Of a stretch of DNA of 64,000 bases, positions 21,645 to 32,338 are shown one piece after another. The stretch spans positions 6,635 through 70,634 of the forward strand of contig NZ_JBDNGN010000014.1 in assembly GCF_041689225.1 (NCBI RefSeq), in the 5' to 3' direction. Made by a program: the position numbers and the translations under genes. Below the pieces are notes generated by a model that did no database searches, was not told the origin of the DNA, and saw only the letters and a program-made list of their open reading frames with translations. The stretch is from Hyphomonas sp. GTDB lineage: Bacteria; Pseudomonadota; Alphaproteobacteria; Caulobacterales; Hyphomonadaceae. How positions within the stretch are numbered: the first letter of the stretch is position 1; every line of letters starts with the position of its first letter.

Positions 21645-21775
21645 CAATCGTATCCGGTGTTTCTCTTGAAAGGCGGTCTTGCCAAAACGTGCGCGAAGAC
21701 AACTGTCTTCAATAGGCTTTTCGGCAGATTTGCCTGTTTCTGCAACCGGGGCAAACGATCACGCGCGCTGGAGGC

Positions 21776-22792
21776 TCAGGAACTCTTCTTGGGATTGGCC
21801 TGTTTCTGCACCCATGCGATTTCCCGCATCCACTGGCGGATCGGCTTGGCGGGCGTGCCGCCCCAGGTTTCGCCCGGTTTTATATCCCGGAAGACACCCG
21901 ACGAGGCCGCAAGGTTGACGCCGTCCCCTATCTTGACATGATCGGCAATCCCGACCCGTCCGCCAATACGCGCAGCATCGCCGACGGAGACTGACCCCGA
22001 TATGCCGCCAAATGCCGCCATGACCACGCTCCGGCCGAAAACGACATTGTGGGCGATCTGGCAGAGATTATCGATCTTGGTGCGCTCGCCGATGATCGTG
22101 TCGTCAAAGACGCCGCGATCAATACAGCTATTGGCCCCGATCGTGACATGGTCCTGCAGGATGACCCGCCCAAAGTGCGGCGCATCTTCCATGCCGCCCG
22201 GGCCGCCCGTCACGCCAAATCCGGATTCCCCGATGCGGGCGCCAGACAGTAGCGTCACATGGTCTCCGACAAGTGAGCAGAATATGGAAACGTTCGCACC
22301 GATCCGGCAATTGCGCCCGACCTGAACGCCCGGACCAATCACGGAGTTGGCGCCAACCACCGTACCGTCGCCAACCGTCGCGCCCGGCCCGACGACGGCG
22401 CCCGGCGACAGGATCGCTTCCGGATGCACTTTGGCGTCTGCAGAAATACGCTCGTCCGCGCGCCACACAAGGTGCCGGGGCTGGAACATCGCGTAGGCGA
22501 CAACGCCATGGAAATGGCGCGGCAACGGCGTCAGGAGGTAAGGCATGCCGGCTGGAACATGTGGCAGGTTCGCGTCATTGACGATCAGCGCCGAAACATC
22601 AGGCGAAACGGATGGCGTGCCTTTTCCGTCTCCGTCAAGAAACGCGAGGTCTCCGGCCCGGCCCGTAGCCGAGGCGGAGACCCCTTTGATCTCGACCGCC
22701 GCGTCGCCATGAAGGGCCGCGCCGGTCAGGTCCGCGATCTTGCCAAGCGTCTGGGCCCCGAGGGGCGCGTAGAAACGAGGATCGATCGTCAC
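21776..22792 (-). CDS. lpxD: UDP-3-O-(3-hydroxyacyl)glucosamine N-acyltransferase
   Basis: IG..GFG, V.IGANS.IDRG...DT.IG..TKIDNL.QIAHNV. Confidence 0.97.
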   Translation of the reverse strand: MTIDPRFYAPLGAQTLGKIADLTGAALHGDAAVEIKGVSASATGRAGDLAFLDGDGKGTPSVSPDVSALIVNDANLPHVPAGMPYLLTPLPRHFHGVVAYAMFQPRHLVWRADERISADAKVHPEAILSPGAVVGPGATVGDGTVVGANSVIGPGVQVGRNCRIGANVSIFCSLVGDHVTLLSGARIGESGFGVTGGPGGMEDAPHFGRVILQDHVTIGANSCIDRGVFDDTIIGERTKIDNLCQIAHNVVFGRSVVMAAFGGISGSVSVGDAARIGGRVGIADHVKIGDGVNLAASSGVFRDIKPGETWGGTPAKPIRQWMREIAWVQKQANPKKSS

Positions 22793-22804
22793 AATTAACT
22801 GTCC

Positions 22805-23395
22805 CTATTGGGCAGGCTGGGCAGGCAGGCGCTGACGCGACACTGCGATCGTAGGCGTTTTGGCGTCCAGCTTGGTGATCACCAATGGCGTCACGTCAAC
22901 CGCGTCGGCGCTGTAAATGACTTGCGCTTTGGACATCACGATCTGTGCATTTTTCTCGTTCACCACTTCCATCAGAGCGGGCTCGATCGCCTTGTTGAAA
23001 TCGATCAAAGCCTTGCGCTCGGTCAGTTGGAACTCCTTGCTGACAACCTGTTGCTTCTGCGCAAATTCCTGGGCGCGCTTCTGATAGGCCGTCAACTGCC
23101 CCAGGAGCGCCGTGTCAGCAGCCACCACTTCGCGGGTCTTGCCTTCGACTTTCGTCTGCAGGGCCTTGCCGTCCGTTTCGAGCGTGGCGCGGATCGGCTC
23201 CAGCTCGTTTTTCATCTGGGTCTCGAGGTTCTGCAGTTTGGTCTGAATATCCTTGCCGGCCTTGCTCTCGCCAAGAAGGCGGCCCTCGTCGATCATTACG
23301 ACGGTCGTGCCCTGGGCCGATGCGGCCGGAGCGGCAACAGCGACTCCGCTCACAACGAGCGAAAGGACGAAGAGCATATGTTTGATTGGGGACAT
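22805..23395 (-). CDS. skp: OmpH/Skp periplasmic chaperone
   Basis: Signal peptide (..AASA-Q), SKAGK, long coiled coil, DVT..VI..L; between bamA and lpxD. Confidence 0.88.
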   Translation of the reverse strand: MSPIKHMLFVLSLVVSGVAVAAPAASAQGTTVVMIDEGRLLGESKAGKDIQTKLQNLETQMKNELEPIRATLETDGKALQTKVEGKTREVVAADTALLGQLTAYQKRAQEFAQKQQVVSKEFQLTERKALIDFNKAIEPALMEVVNEKNAQIVMSKAQVIYSADAVDVTPLVITKLDAKTPTIAVSRQRLPAQPAQ

Positions 23396-23423
23396 TATCG
23401 GTCTCCTGGTTGGCGGTTCTGAA

Positions 23424-25982
23424 TTAGAAGCGTGTTGAGGTTGAGAACCGGAAAGTTTCGGTTCGGTCATAGTCTTCCTTGCGCAGGATCTGCGAGAAGT
23501 CGAAGCGAATGGGCCCGAAAGGTGAGTCCCAGAATACGCTGAGACCAGCAGACGCCCGCAGGGATGTGGCGTCCTTGGTGATGCGCACGGCCGGAAAACC
23601 AGTTTCCGGATCCGTGAAATACACTGTCGGGCTGATGTCCGGTCCCCGAAGGGTGCCGAGGCCGCCGACGTCAGCGAACAGGGCGCTCTTGATGCCATAC
23701 TCTTCGGGGAAGACGCTTGGCAGGCTGAGTTCGAATGTGCCCTGGTAGTAGGTGTTGCCCCCTTGCGAGTTCAGGCGGCGCGTTGTCACGACTTCGCCTG
23801 TCGCCGGATCGATGACACGCACGACTTCGCGCGGGCCGAGACCGGCCACGTCGAACCCGCGGAACGTGCTGCCACCCCGGAAGAACCGGTTGTTGATCCG
23901 AATGCCCTGGCCATTTTCAAGCGGGAAAACATACCCCGCTGAAAAACGGGCGCTCGCAATGACATTTTTCCAGATGCCACGATACATGGATGCGCTCGTT
24001 TCCGTGCGCAGGTATTTTACGTCGCCGCCAAAGCCAGCGGCTTCCTGGCTGAAACGGAAATCAAACCCACGTGTCGGCTGGGTCGGATCATTCGTACGGT
24101 CCCAGAAGAAGCTATAACCGATGATACTGGAAATCTCATTGCGTTCGGACCGGCAATTGGAGTCACGCAACAGGTAGAGCGGATCACACTGATCGACAAA
24201 AATCAGTTCGTTCGGGAAATCGTCGACCGTCGCCGCGCGGTATACATCGTCGCTCGTATCGCCGGGCGTATCGGCGCCAGCGGTCTGTACGGTTCGTGTC
24301 GACGTGAATCGCGTGGCCGTGTCCAGCAGGATAGTGAAGTCTGGAATTTCCACATTGTCCGACTGAAGCTTGTAACTGAGCCCGAGCTGCATCCGTTCGG
24401 TCAGTGGAAAGCCGACACGCAACCCAGCGCCGATGGTCTCGGCCGTATAGCTGCCAAAATCCTTGAAATCCTGCTTCGTCGCATAGACGTCGACACCTGC
24501 CGAAAGGTTTCGGTCGAGAAAACGCGGCTCCGTGAAGCGCAAGTCCACGACCTGTTGACGGCTCGATGTCGAAACACGCGCAACAACTGACTGGCCGCGA
24601 CCACGCAGGTTGCGCTGTGATGCACTGAGATCGAACAGATATGAATCGACCGACGAGAAACCGGCCGCAAACGACAGTTCGCCGGTGGGCTGTTCGGTAA
24701 CCTTGACGTCGACGATGCTCTTGTCCGGACCATCACCGGGCGTCTCAACGATTTCAACGTCCTTGAAGTAGCCGAGCGAGCGCACACGGTTCTTCGACCG
24801 GTCGAGCAGGATCCGGTTGAACGCATCGCCTTCGGAAATGCGCAATTCACGGCGGATAACCCGGTCCAGCGTCTGCGTGTTGCCGACGATATTGATCCGC
24901 TCAATGTAGACGCGCGGGCCTTCGTCGACGGCAAATGTCACGTCGATGCGCCCGGTCTCCGGATTCACATCCAGCTGCGGACGAATATCCACGAACGCGT
25001 AGCCGGCGATGCCGGCGGCATAGGTCAGCGTGTCGATCGTGGTTTCGATCAGGTTGCCCTTGAAAAGGTCGCCTTCCTTGATCGGCACAGCGGCACGAAG
25101 CGCATTGGCGTTCAGCTTTTCAAGCGCCGTCTCGACTTTCACGACGCCGAAATCATACTGACGCCCCTCATCGATCGTCATCGTAATGTAGAAATCTTTT
25201 TGGTCAGGCGTCAGTTCGGCGACCGCCGACGTGACCCGGAAGTCATAATAGCCACTGTTCTGGTAGAACTCGCGCAGCTTCTCGCGGTCATACTCCAGAC
25301 GGCCCGGATCGTAGTTGTCGTTGGAACTGAAGAAACGCCACAGGCGCGACTGGCGCGTGACAATCTCGCTGCGCAGGCGCGAGTCGGAATAGTCTTTGTT
25401 GCCGATGAAATTGATCGAGCGGACACCGGTCACCGGACCTTCGGTGATCTCGAACACGAGATCGACACGGTTCTGCTCGAGCGGCTTGTATTGCGGCTCG
25501 ACCTTGGCAGCGAAACGGCCAGACTGGCGATAGAGTTCAAGGATGCGCTGGACATCAGCCTGAACGCGGGCAGCGGTGAAGATGCCGCGTGGTGCGGCCT
25601 GGATTTCTTCCTTGAACTTGTCGTCCTTGAGCGCCTTGTTGCCTTCGAAAATCACGCGGTTGATGATCGGGTTCTCAACCACCCGAACCAGCAGGTCGTC
25701 ACCGTTCCGGTCGATCGACACGTCTGCGAACAGATTGGTCGCGAACAGGGTCTTGAGCGACAGGTCGATGCGCTCAGCGTCAAACGGATCGCCTGGCTCG
25801 ACCAGAAGGTAAGATTGCACGGTACGCGCTTCGATACGCTGGTTGCCCTCCACGAGGATCGACCGGATCGTACCGCCGTAGCGATTATCTTCCTGCGCCT
25901 CGGCGGTATTGGTCAACCCTGGCAGGACAACAAACGTAAAAACGCTGGTCGCCATGAAGGTTGCTGCAAGGAACTTACGCAT
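23424..25982 (-). CDS. bamA: Outer membrane protein assembly factor BamA
   Basis: POTRA repeats (I.VEGNQRI, GNT.TLD.VIRRE), NL.G.G, FRGF loop-6 motif, GPIRFD, C-terminal F. Confidence 0.98.
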   Translation of the reverse strand: MRKFLAATFMATSVFTFVVLPGLTNTAEAQEDNRYGGTIRSILVEGNQRIEARTVQSYLLVEPGDPFDAERIDLSLKTLFATNLFADVSIDRNGDDLLVRVVENPIINRVIFEGNKALKDDKFKEEIQAAPRGIFTAARVQADVQRILELYRQSGRFAAKVEPQYKPLEQNRVDLVFEITEGPVTGVRSINFIGNKDYSDSRLRSEIVTRQSRLWRFFSSNDNYDPGRLEYDREKLREFYQNSGYYDFRVTSAVAELTPDQKDFYITMTIDEGRQYDFGVVKVETALEKLNANALRAAVPIKEGDLFKGNLIETTIDTLTYAAGIAGYAFVDIRPQLDVNPETGRIDVTFAVDEGPRVYIERINIVGNTQTLDRVIRRELRISEGDAFNRILLDRSKNRVRSLGYFKDVEIVETPGDGPDKSIVDVKVTEQPTGELSFAAGFSSVDSYLFDLSASQRNLRGRGQSVVARVSTSSRQQVVDLRFTEPRFLDRNLSAGVDVYATKQDFKDFGSYTAETIGAGLRVGFPLTERMQLGLSYKLQSDNVEIPDFTILLDTATRFTSTRTVQTAGADTPGDTSDDVYRAATVDDFPNELIFVDQCDPLYLLRDSNCRSERNEISSIIGYSFFWDRTNDPTQPTRGFDFRFSQEAAGFGGDVKYLRTETSASMYRGIWKNVIASARFSAGYVFPLENGQGIRINNRFFRGGSTFRGFDVAGLGPREVVRVIDPATGEVVTTRRLNSQGGNTYYQGTFELSLPSVFPEEYGIKSALFADVGGLGTLRGPDISPTVYFTDPETGFPAVRITKDATSLRASAGLSVFWDSPFGPIRFDFSQILRKEDYDRTETFRFSTSTRF

Positions 25983-26020
25983 GGTGGAAATACTCTCTGA
26001 TTAGCTTCGGGACGGTGGGG

Positions 26021-27190
26021 TCAGCCGCCCGCTCCCCCGAACAAGCCGGTCTCGATGATGTCACCCCACGTGATCACCACCACCATTCCCAATAACAGGA
26101 TCAAACCGAATGTCAGGCTGATCTCCTGCACTTTCTCGGGCAGTTCTTTGCCCATTACGGCTTCATAAGCATGAAAGACCAAGTGTCCGCCATCCAGTAC
26201 TGGCAGTGGCAACAGGTTGAAGAACCCGACACCCACTGAAATCGCGGCACATATGCTGAGCAGCATCCAGAACAATTGTTCCAGGCGCTGTGACCGGGTG
26301 AGTTCGGTCTGGCTCCAGACCTTGTTGACGACCCGGCGGGAAATGTCGCCGATGCCGACAGGGCCCGTCATCGCGTTGAAGGACATCTTGCCGGTCACGA
26401 TACGTGTCAGCATCGTGACGGTGCGGTCGATCGTTGCGCCCGTCTCGACCACGCCGGCGCCCAGCGCCTCGACGGGGTTGTAGCGGGTGCGCTCACCAAG
26501 CTCCAGGCCTGCCAGGCCGACACCAATCGTGCTTTGCGGCACCATCTGGCCGAACTCGTTCTCGCGCACGACTTCGTCGGGCGTCACCTTCAGGCTCACC
26601 GGCGCGCCATCCCGCAGGACGTCGAAAGTCATCTCTTTATTCGGGTTGAGCATGATCGGAATGGTGATGTCCTGCGCGTCCGTGACGGCGCCGCCATTGA
26701 TGGCGACGAAGGCATCACCCGCTTTCAGGCCGCCACGCTCGGCAGGAGACCCGGCAACAACATTCGCAACGCCGACCGTGTAGTTGGCCTTGCCGTGTGT
26801 GCCCAGGATCAACGAGAAGATCAGGCTGGCCAGCACGAAGTTAGCAAACGGCCCGGCAAGGCTGACAAGCGAGCGCTGCCAGACAGCGAGCTTGTTATAC
26901 GCCTTGCCCTGAGGCCCTTGCTCCAGTGTGCCCACATCGCCCGGCAATTGGCTCTCGCCGACGAACTTGACGAAGCCGCCGAGCGGAATCCAGTTGACGC
27001 GCCAGCGTGTGCCGACCCGGTCCTTGCGCTCGTAAACAGGCTTGCCGAAACCGATCGAAAAGGATTCAACCGCTGCGCCAAATATCCGGCCCACAAGGTA
27101 GTGACCGAGCTCATGCACGATCACCACGATCCCCATCATGAAAATGAGGCAGGCAATAAAAAGCGGACCTTGGCTAAGAAGCTGTCCCAA
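26021..27190 (-). CDS. rseP: RIP metalloprotease RseP
   Basis: HELGH (HExxH), FSIGFG, AGP.ANF, PDZ region, NLLP.P.LDGGH. Confidence 0.96.
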   Translation of the reverse strand: MGQLLSQGPLFIACLIFMMGIVVIVHELGHYLVGRIFGAAVESFSIGFGKPVYERKDRVGTRWRVNWIPLGGFVKFVGESQLPGDVGTLEQGPQGKAYNKLAVWQRSLVSLAGPFANFVLASLIFSLILGTHGKANYTVGVANVVAGSPAERGGLKAGDAFVAINGGAVTDAQDITIPIMLNPNKEMTFDVLRDGAPVSLKVTPDEVVRENEFGQMVPQSTIGVGLAGLELGERTRYNPVEALGAGVVETGATIDRTVTMLTRIVTGKMSFNAMTGPVGIGDISRRVVNKVWSQTELTRSQRLEQLFWMLLSICAAISVGVGFFNLLPLPVLDGGHLVFHAYEAVMGKELPEKVQEISLTFGLILLLGMVVVITWGDIIETGLFGGAGG

Positions 27191-27195
27191 ACGAC

Positions 27196-28395
27196 TTATC
27201 CTCCTGCCCGGCTCGGGGCCTTTTTAAGTAACTCGGCCGCCATTTCGCGTCCGAACCGGTCCAGATAAGCTATTTCGTCCAGCGTGTCACAGCCCAAAGA
27301 GGACTTGTTACCAGAAGAAAAGCGACTCAACACTTCCTCTACAACCCAGCTTATGTCCAGAAAACCGCATTGGCCCGCAATAAATGCAGAAACCGCCAGT
27401 TCATTAGCGCAATTTAATACGGTCGTGCCCCCGGATCCGAGGGCAATCGCGCGCCGCGCGAGTTCAATCGCCGGAAACCGCGCTGCGTCCACTTCTGCAA
27501 AGTCGAGACGCCCCAAGGCCGCCAGGTCCAGGCGCGCGACATTCGTCGACACCCGGTCGGGCCAGCCCAGCGCATAGGCGATCGGTGCGCGCATGTCGGG
27601 CGTGCTGAGCTGCGCGATGACAGAGCCATCCGTGAAGTGCGCCATGCCATGAACAATCGACTGGGGATGGATCAGGACATCGATCTGGTCGGCCGCTACG
27701 TCGAACAGGTAGGCTGCCTCGATGAATTCCAGCGCCTTGTTCATCAGGGTGGCGCTGTCGATGGAATTCTTGATCCCCATGTCCCAGTTCGGATGTGCCG
27801 CCGCCTGGGCAGGTGTGACGTCAGCCATCTCGCTCAGGGATGCGGTCCGGAATGGGCCGCCTGACGCCGTTATCGTCAGTTTTTCAAGGGATTTTCCATC
27901 GCCCAGCGCCTGGAAGATGCCGCTATGTTCGGAATCGACCGGCAGCACACGCGCGCCGGTCCGGGCGGCTTCGGAAAGTATCAGTTTTCCGCCGCAGACG
28001 ATGCTTTCCTTGTTGGCGATCGCGACATCCGTGCCCTGCCGAACGGCCGCCAGCGTCGATGCGAGCCCCGCCGACCCGACGATCGCTGCCAGCAGACGGT
28101 CGCAAGGCCGGGTCGCCGCTTCGATGATCGCGTCCAGTCCGCCAGCCGTTTCGATGCCCGTACCCGCCAGGCGTTCTCTGAGGTCCGCCAGCTTGCTCTC
28201 ATCCGCGATGACAGCGATATCCGGACGGAACGCTATCGCTTGGCGCGCCAGCGTCTCGGAATCGCGTCCAGCTGCCAGTGCGACGATTTCAAAAGGTGTC
28301 TCGCCCGCTGCATTGGCCTGCGCCACGACATCCAGTGCGGACGTGCCGATCGAGCCCGTAGAGCCCATGATGGAAATGCGTCGGTGAGCGGCCAT
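27196..28395 (-). CDS. dxr: 1-deoxy-D-xylulose-5-phosphate reductoisomerase
   Basis: GSTGSIG, ANKES.V, PVDSEH, TASGGPF, HPNW.MG.K.SIDSATLMNK.LE. Confidence 0.98.
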   Translation of the reverse strand: MAAHRRISIMGSTGSIGTSALDVVAQANAAGETPFEIVALAAGRDSETLARQAIAFRPDIAVIADESKLADLRERLAGTGIETAGGLDAIIEAATRPCDRLLAAIVGSAGLASTLAAVRQGTDVAIANKESIVCGGKLILSEAARTGARVLPVDSEHSGIFQALGDGKSLEKLTITASGGPFRTASLSEMADVTPAQAAAHPNWDMGIKNSIDSATLMNKALEFIEAAYLFDVAADQIDVLIHPQSIVHGMAHFTDGSVIAQLSTPDMRAPIAYALGWPDRVSTNVARLDLAALGRLDFAEVDAARFPAIELARRAIALGSGGTTVLNCANELAVSAFIAGQCGFLDISWVVEEVLSRFSSGNKSSLGCDTLDEIAYLDRFGREMAAELLKKAPSRAGG

Positions 28396-28398
28396 GCC

Positions 28399-29217
28399 TC
28401 AGAATCCAAGCGCGACTGAAAGTCCCGGAAAGGCATGCAGGGCGAGCGACCCCAAAATGCATACCGCGCCGAGGCCGTCGACCCGGTCCAGGACGCCGCC
28501 ATGGCCCGGCAGCAAAGTACCGGCATCCTTGACCTTGAACCGCCGCTTCAGCCCGCTCTCGAACAGGTCACCCATCTGCGCGACCATCGAAATCGCGACG
28601 CCTGCCGCAATCCAGACCGGAAAGGACGCCATTTCGATATCTGCCGCAGCGAGTCCGCACAGTCCGCAGGCCGTGACAGCGCCCAGTGCGCCGCTCCATG
28701 TCTTGTTCGGGCTTTCGCTTGGCAGCAGGCGGGGCCCGCCAAGGCCGCGCCCGGTGAAATAGGCGGCGGCATCGGACGCCCACACGAATGACATGAAAAA
28801 CAGGGCCGCTGCCCTGCCGTCCCAAGGGCCGTCACGCAGCAAATACAGGCCCGCAGCCATCGCAGCAACGTAGAACAGGCCGAACGCAGCCGTCCATCGG
28901 ACGCGAATCCCCCCGATGGCGGTTGCGGCACAGAACACCATGCCGCCGACAATCACGAGGACGCTCAGCCACAGCAATCCCATCGGCAGGCTCAGGCAGA
29001 AAAGGGTTGCGGCAAGCGCCATCGCCCGCCCGTGCGGGAACGCACTGATCTGGCTCCATTCCAGCGCCATGGCGGCGGCAAACACGGCGCAGCCAATCGC
29101 CAACCACCAGCCGCCTGCCCAAACCATTGCAACGGCCACCGGAATCAGGACCGCCGCCGAAATCAGCCGGAGCCCAAGTTCCGAGAAACGCCGGTCGCGC
29201 GGCGTCCAATCGCCCAT
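28399..29217 (-). CDS. cdsA: Phosphatidate cytidylyltransferase
   Basis: WASD..AYF.GR, SPNKTW.G, GDLFES..KR...VKD.G.LLPGHGG.LDR.D. Confidence 0.96.
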   Translation of the reverse strand: MGDWTPRDRRFSELGLRLISAAVLIPVAVAMVWAGGWWLAIGCAVFAAAMALEWSQISAFPHGRAMALAATLFCLSLPMGLLWLSVLVIVGGMVFCAATAIGGIRVRWTAAFGLFYVAAMAAGLYLLRDGPWDGRAAALFFMSFVWASDAAAYFTGRGLGGPRLLPSESPNKTWSGALGAVTACGLCGLAAADIEMASFPVWIAAGVAISMVAQMGDLFESGLKRRFKVKDAGTLLPGHGGVLDRVDGLGAVCILGSLALHAFPGLSVALGF

Positions 29218-29978
29218 CAGGCTGCCCCTGGCGAAACGGCGCCGAACCGGCGTTCGCGCTCATGGAACTTGGCCAGGGCCTCTTCCAGGCACGCCCGATC
29301 GAAGTCGGGCCAAAGCACATCCATGAATACGAGCTCCGAATAGGCGCATTGCCACAACAGGAAATTGCTGAGTCGGTATTCGCCGCTGGTCCGGATCAGT
29401 AGGTCGGGGTCCGGCATGGATCCGGTGTCGAGAAATCCGGCGAACGATTTTTCGTTCACATCGTCCGGTTTCAGGCCGCCCGATGCGACCGCCTCCGCAA
29501 CGCCGCGCGCCGCACGGGCGATGTCTTCGCGTCCGCCATAGTTGAAGGCGATCGTCAGGAAGAACTTGCTGTTGGCGGCGGTCTCGCGCTCGGCCTTTTC
29601 GACCAGAACCGCCACGTCGTCCGGCAATCCGTCCCGAAGACCGATAATGCGAATACGCACGCCTTCTTGAGTCAACCGCGCCAGATCGCGTTGCACATAG
29701 GCCTTCAACAAGCCGAACAATGCGTTCACTTCAGCCGCCGGTCGCCGCCAGTTCTCGGTGGAAAAGGAAAATACCGTCAGGTACCGGATACCGAGTTCGC
29801 CAGCGGCTTCAACGGTGCGCCTGAGGGCCTCTACGCCCCGTTCATGCCCGGCGGCACGGGGCAAGCCCCTGGACTTCGCCCAACGGCCATTGCCGTCCAT
29901 GATGATCGCCACATGCGAAAGGCCCGGTTGCTGCCCCGACACGACACTGGTGACATCTGAGGCAGACGCAGCGGACAT
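29217..29978 (-). CDS. uppS: Undecaprenyl diphosphate synthase
   Basis: [47 protein letters not shown]. Confidence 0.98.
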   Translation of the reverse strand: MSAASASDVTSVVSGQQPGLSHVAIIMDGNGRWAKSRGLPRAAGHERGVEALRRTVEAAGELGIRYLTVFSFSTENWRRPAAEVNALFGLLKAYVQRDLARLTQEGVRIRIIGLRDGLPDDVAVLVEKAERETAANSKFFLTIAFNYGGREDIARAARGVAEAVASGGLKPDDVNEKSFAGFLDTGSMPDPDLLIRTSGEYRLSNFLLWQCAYSELVFMDVLWPDFDRACLEEALAKFHERERRFGAVSPGAA

Positions 29979-30532
29979 CAGACTTGCATGATCTCCGTTT
30001 CTTTGGCTTTCAGCGCTTCATCGACACGGCCGACGAACGTGTCTGTCAACTTCTGGACTTCGTCCGACAGGCCATGAAGCTTGTCTTCGCTGATCTCGCC
30101 GTCTTTTTCCATCTTCTTCAACGTATCCATACCGTCGCGTCGGATGTTCCGGACCGCAACCTTGGCCGCTTCGGCATATTTGCCGGCAATCTTCGTCAGC
30201 TCGACGCGGCGCTCCTCGTTGAGCGGCGGGATCGGGATACGCAGGGTCTGGCCGTCCATGACCGGGTTCAGGCCGAGACCCGATTCGCGGATCGCCCGGT
30301 CGGTGGCGCCCACCACGGTCTTGTCCCAGACATTGACCGACAGCATGCGCATATCAGTAACCGATACGGAGGCAACCTGCGACAAGGGCACGGTCGATCC
30401 ATAGGCAGGCACTTGAATGGCATCGAGCAGGTTCACCGAGGCCCGGCCTGTCCGCAAGCCGCTGAACTCGGTTGAGAGCGACGCAAGCGCACCCTCCATC
30501 CGGCGTTCCAAGTCTTTCTTGCTATAGGTCAT
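29978..30532 (-). CDS. frr: Ribosome recycling factor
   Basis: LRTGRAS, LGLNP..DG...[21 protein letters not shown]. Confidence 0.98.
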   Translation of the reverse strand: MTYSKKDLERRMEGALASLSTEFSGLRTGRASVNLLDAIQVPAYGSTVPLSQVASVSVTDMRMLSVNVWDKTVVGATDRAIRESGLGLNPVMDGQTLRIPIPPLNEERRVELTKIAGKYAEAAKVAVRNIRRDGMDTLKKMEKDGEISEDKLHGLSDEVQKLTDTFVGRVDEALKAKETEIMQV

Positions 30533-31284
30533 TTTGCGACCCCTCCCTTATTCGAAATCGTTGTGGACTTGCCCCGACCGTGCAGCACGTTCAGCAGCGA
30601 GCCCTCTTCCTTGAGTGAGAAGACCACAATCGGGATGTTATTGTCACGCATCAGACTGACAGCAGATGAATCCATGACGCGCAGGTCCTTCACGAGAAGC
30701 TCCTGATAAGCGATCTCGTCATATCGCATCGCCATGCTGTCCAGCTTCGGATCGGCCGTATAGACCCCGTCGACCTGCGTGCCCTTGAGCAAGGCGTCGC
30801 AATTCATCTCGATCGCCCGCAGGGCGGCGCCTGTATCGGTTGTGAAGAACGGGTTGCCGATGCCAGCCGCAAATATGACGACCCGGCCCTTTTCCATGTG
30901 CCGCTGCGCGCGCCGCCGGATATAGGGCTCGCAGATCTGGTCCATCGTGATCGCCGACTGGACGCGTGTCGGCACGCCCTGGGTTTCCAGCACGCTTTGC
31001 ATGGCCAGCGCATTCATCACCGTTGCCAGCATGCCCATACTGTCGGCCTGCGCCCGCTCCATGCCCTTGGCGGCCCCTGCCATGCCCCGGAAGATGTTGC
31101 CTCCGCCGATGACGAGGCAGATTTCCGCGCCAGCCGCCCGCGCATTGGCGATGGCGCGGGCAAATTGCTCGACTGTCGGGATATCGATACCGAACTGGCC
31201 CGGACCCATCAGGGCCTCGCCGGACAGTTTCAGGAGCACGCGCTTGTATTTGAGCGGGATCGTTTCCGGATTCTCGCTTGCCAT
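30529..31284 (-). CDS. pyrH: Uridylate kinase
   Basis: [48 protein letters not shown]. Confidence 0.99.
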   Translation of the reverse strand: MASENPETIPLKYKRVLLKLSGEALMGPGQFGIDIPTVEQFARAIANARAAGAEICLVIGGGNIFRGMAGAAKGMERAQADSMGMLATVMNALAMQSVLETQGVPTRVQSAITMDQICEPYIRRRAQRHMEKGRVVIFAAGIGNPFFTTDTGAALRAIEMNCDALLKGTQVDGVYTADPKLDSMAMRYDEIAYQELLVKDLRVMDSSAVSLMRDNNIPIVVFSLKEEGSLLNVLHGRGKSTTISNKGGVAK

Positions 31285-31322
31285 AGCTTTCTCCGTAAAA
31301 TGAAGCCCTGAATAGAGCTCCT

Positions 31323-31358
31323 AAAAGATTCCCGGCTGCCTGTCATGGGCAGCCGGGA
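31323..31358 (-). terminator. Rho-independent terminator after tsf
   Basis: Minus strand TCCCGGCTGCC-7nt-GGCAGCCGGGA followed by ATCTTTT. Confidence 0.75.
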
Positions 31359-31395
31359 TGTTTAACGCCTCAGGACGGGCCAAAGGCAAGCCTGT

Positions 31396-32298
31396 TCAGC
31401 TACCTTTTGTGAGCGACGCCACCTCGTCTGCGAAGTTATTCGCAGCTTTTTCGATGCCTTCACCCAGCTTGAAGTGGACAAAGCCCACCAGCGTCGCACC
31501 CTGATCTTTCAGATATGCCGAAACCGTCTGGTCCGGATTCATCACGAAAGGCTGCTCCAGAAGCACCACCTCCTTGTAGAACTTCTGCATCCGGCCCTTG
31601 ATCATGCCCTCGATGATATTGTCGGGCTTGCCGCTTTCGCGGGCCTGTTCTGTCAGGACGCGCTTTTCGGTCTCGACCAATTCAGGGTCGAGTTCAGCTG
31701 TCGTCGCCGCTGCCGGCGACGTCGCCGCGATGTGCATCGCGATCTTGCGGCCGATGTCTTCCAGATCGCCTGATCCGGAGAGCGCAACCAGCACGCCGAC
31801 CTTGCCCATGCCCGCCGCTTCGGCGTTGTGGATGTAGGAGGCTACCTTGTCGGCAGAGAGCTTGGCCGAGCGGCGCAACGATATGTTTTCGCCGATCTTG
31901 GCGATCATGCGCTTGATCATGTCGTCGACCGTACCGTCACCCTCTGGTGCAGGCGCAGCAGCAACCGCCGCGAGCGTCCCGTCAGTGCCGAGCGCTGCGT
32001 CCGTGATGCCCTCAAGAGCTTTCTGGAAGCCTTCATTACGCGCCACGAAGTCCGTTTCAGCGTTCAATTCGACGATCGCGCCCGACTTGCCGTCAGCCGA
32101 AACTTTCACGGCCACGAGGCCATCCGCTGCAGTGCGGCCAGACTTTTTGGCCGCCTTGGACAGGCCTTTGGCACGCAGCCATTCGATGGCGGCGTCTTCA
32201 TCGCCATCATTCTCGACGAGCGCTTTTTTCGCATCCATCATGCCTGCGCCGGTCTTGTCGCGCAGTTCCTTGACGAGCGCAGCTGTAATCTGGGCCAT
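31396..32298 (-). CDS. tsf: Elongation factor Ts
   Basis: VKELR..TGAGMMD.KKAL, ETDFVA, MHIAA.SP, GRM.KF..E..LL.QPF. Confidence 0.99.
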   Translation of the reverse strand: MAQITAALVKELRDKTGAGMMDAKKALVENDGDEDAAIEWLRAKGLSKAAKKSGRTAADGLVAVKVSADGKSGAIVELNAETDFVARNEGFQKALEGITDAALGTDGTLAAVAAAPAPEGDGTVDDMIKRMIAKIGENISLRRSAKLSADKVASYIHNAEAAGMGKVGVLVALSGSGDLEDIGRKIAMHIAATSPAAATTAELDPELVETEKRVLTEQARESGKPDNIIEGMIKGRMQKFYKEVVLLEQPFVMNPDQTVSAYLKDQGATLVGFVHFKLGEGIEKAANNFADEVASLTKGS

Positions 32299-32338
32299 TG
32301 CGGTTATCCTTCAGTGTAAACGTTCAATACCGGCGCGA

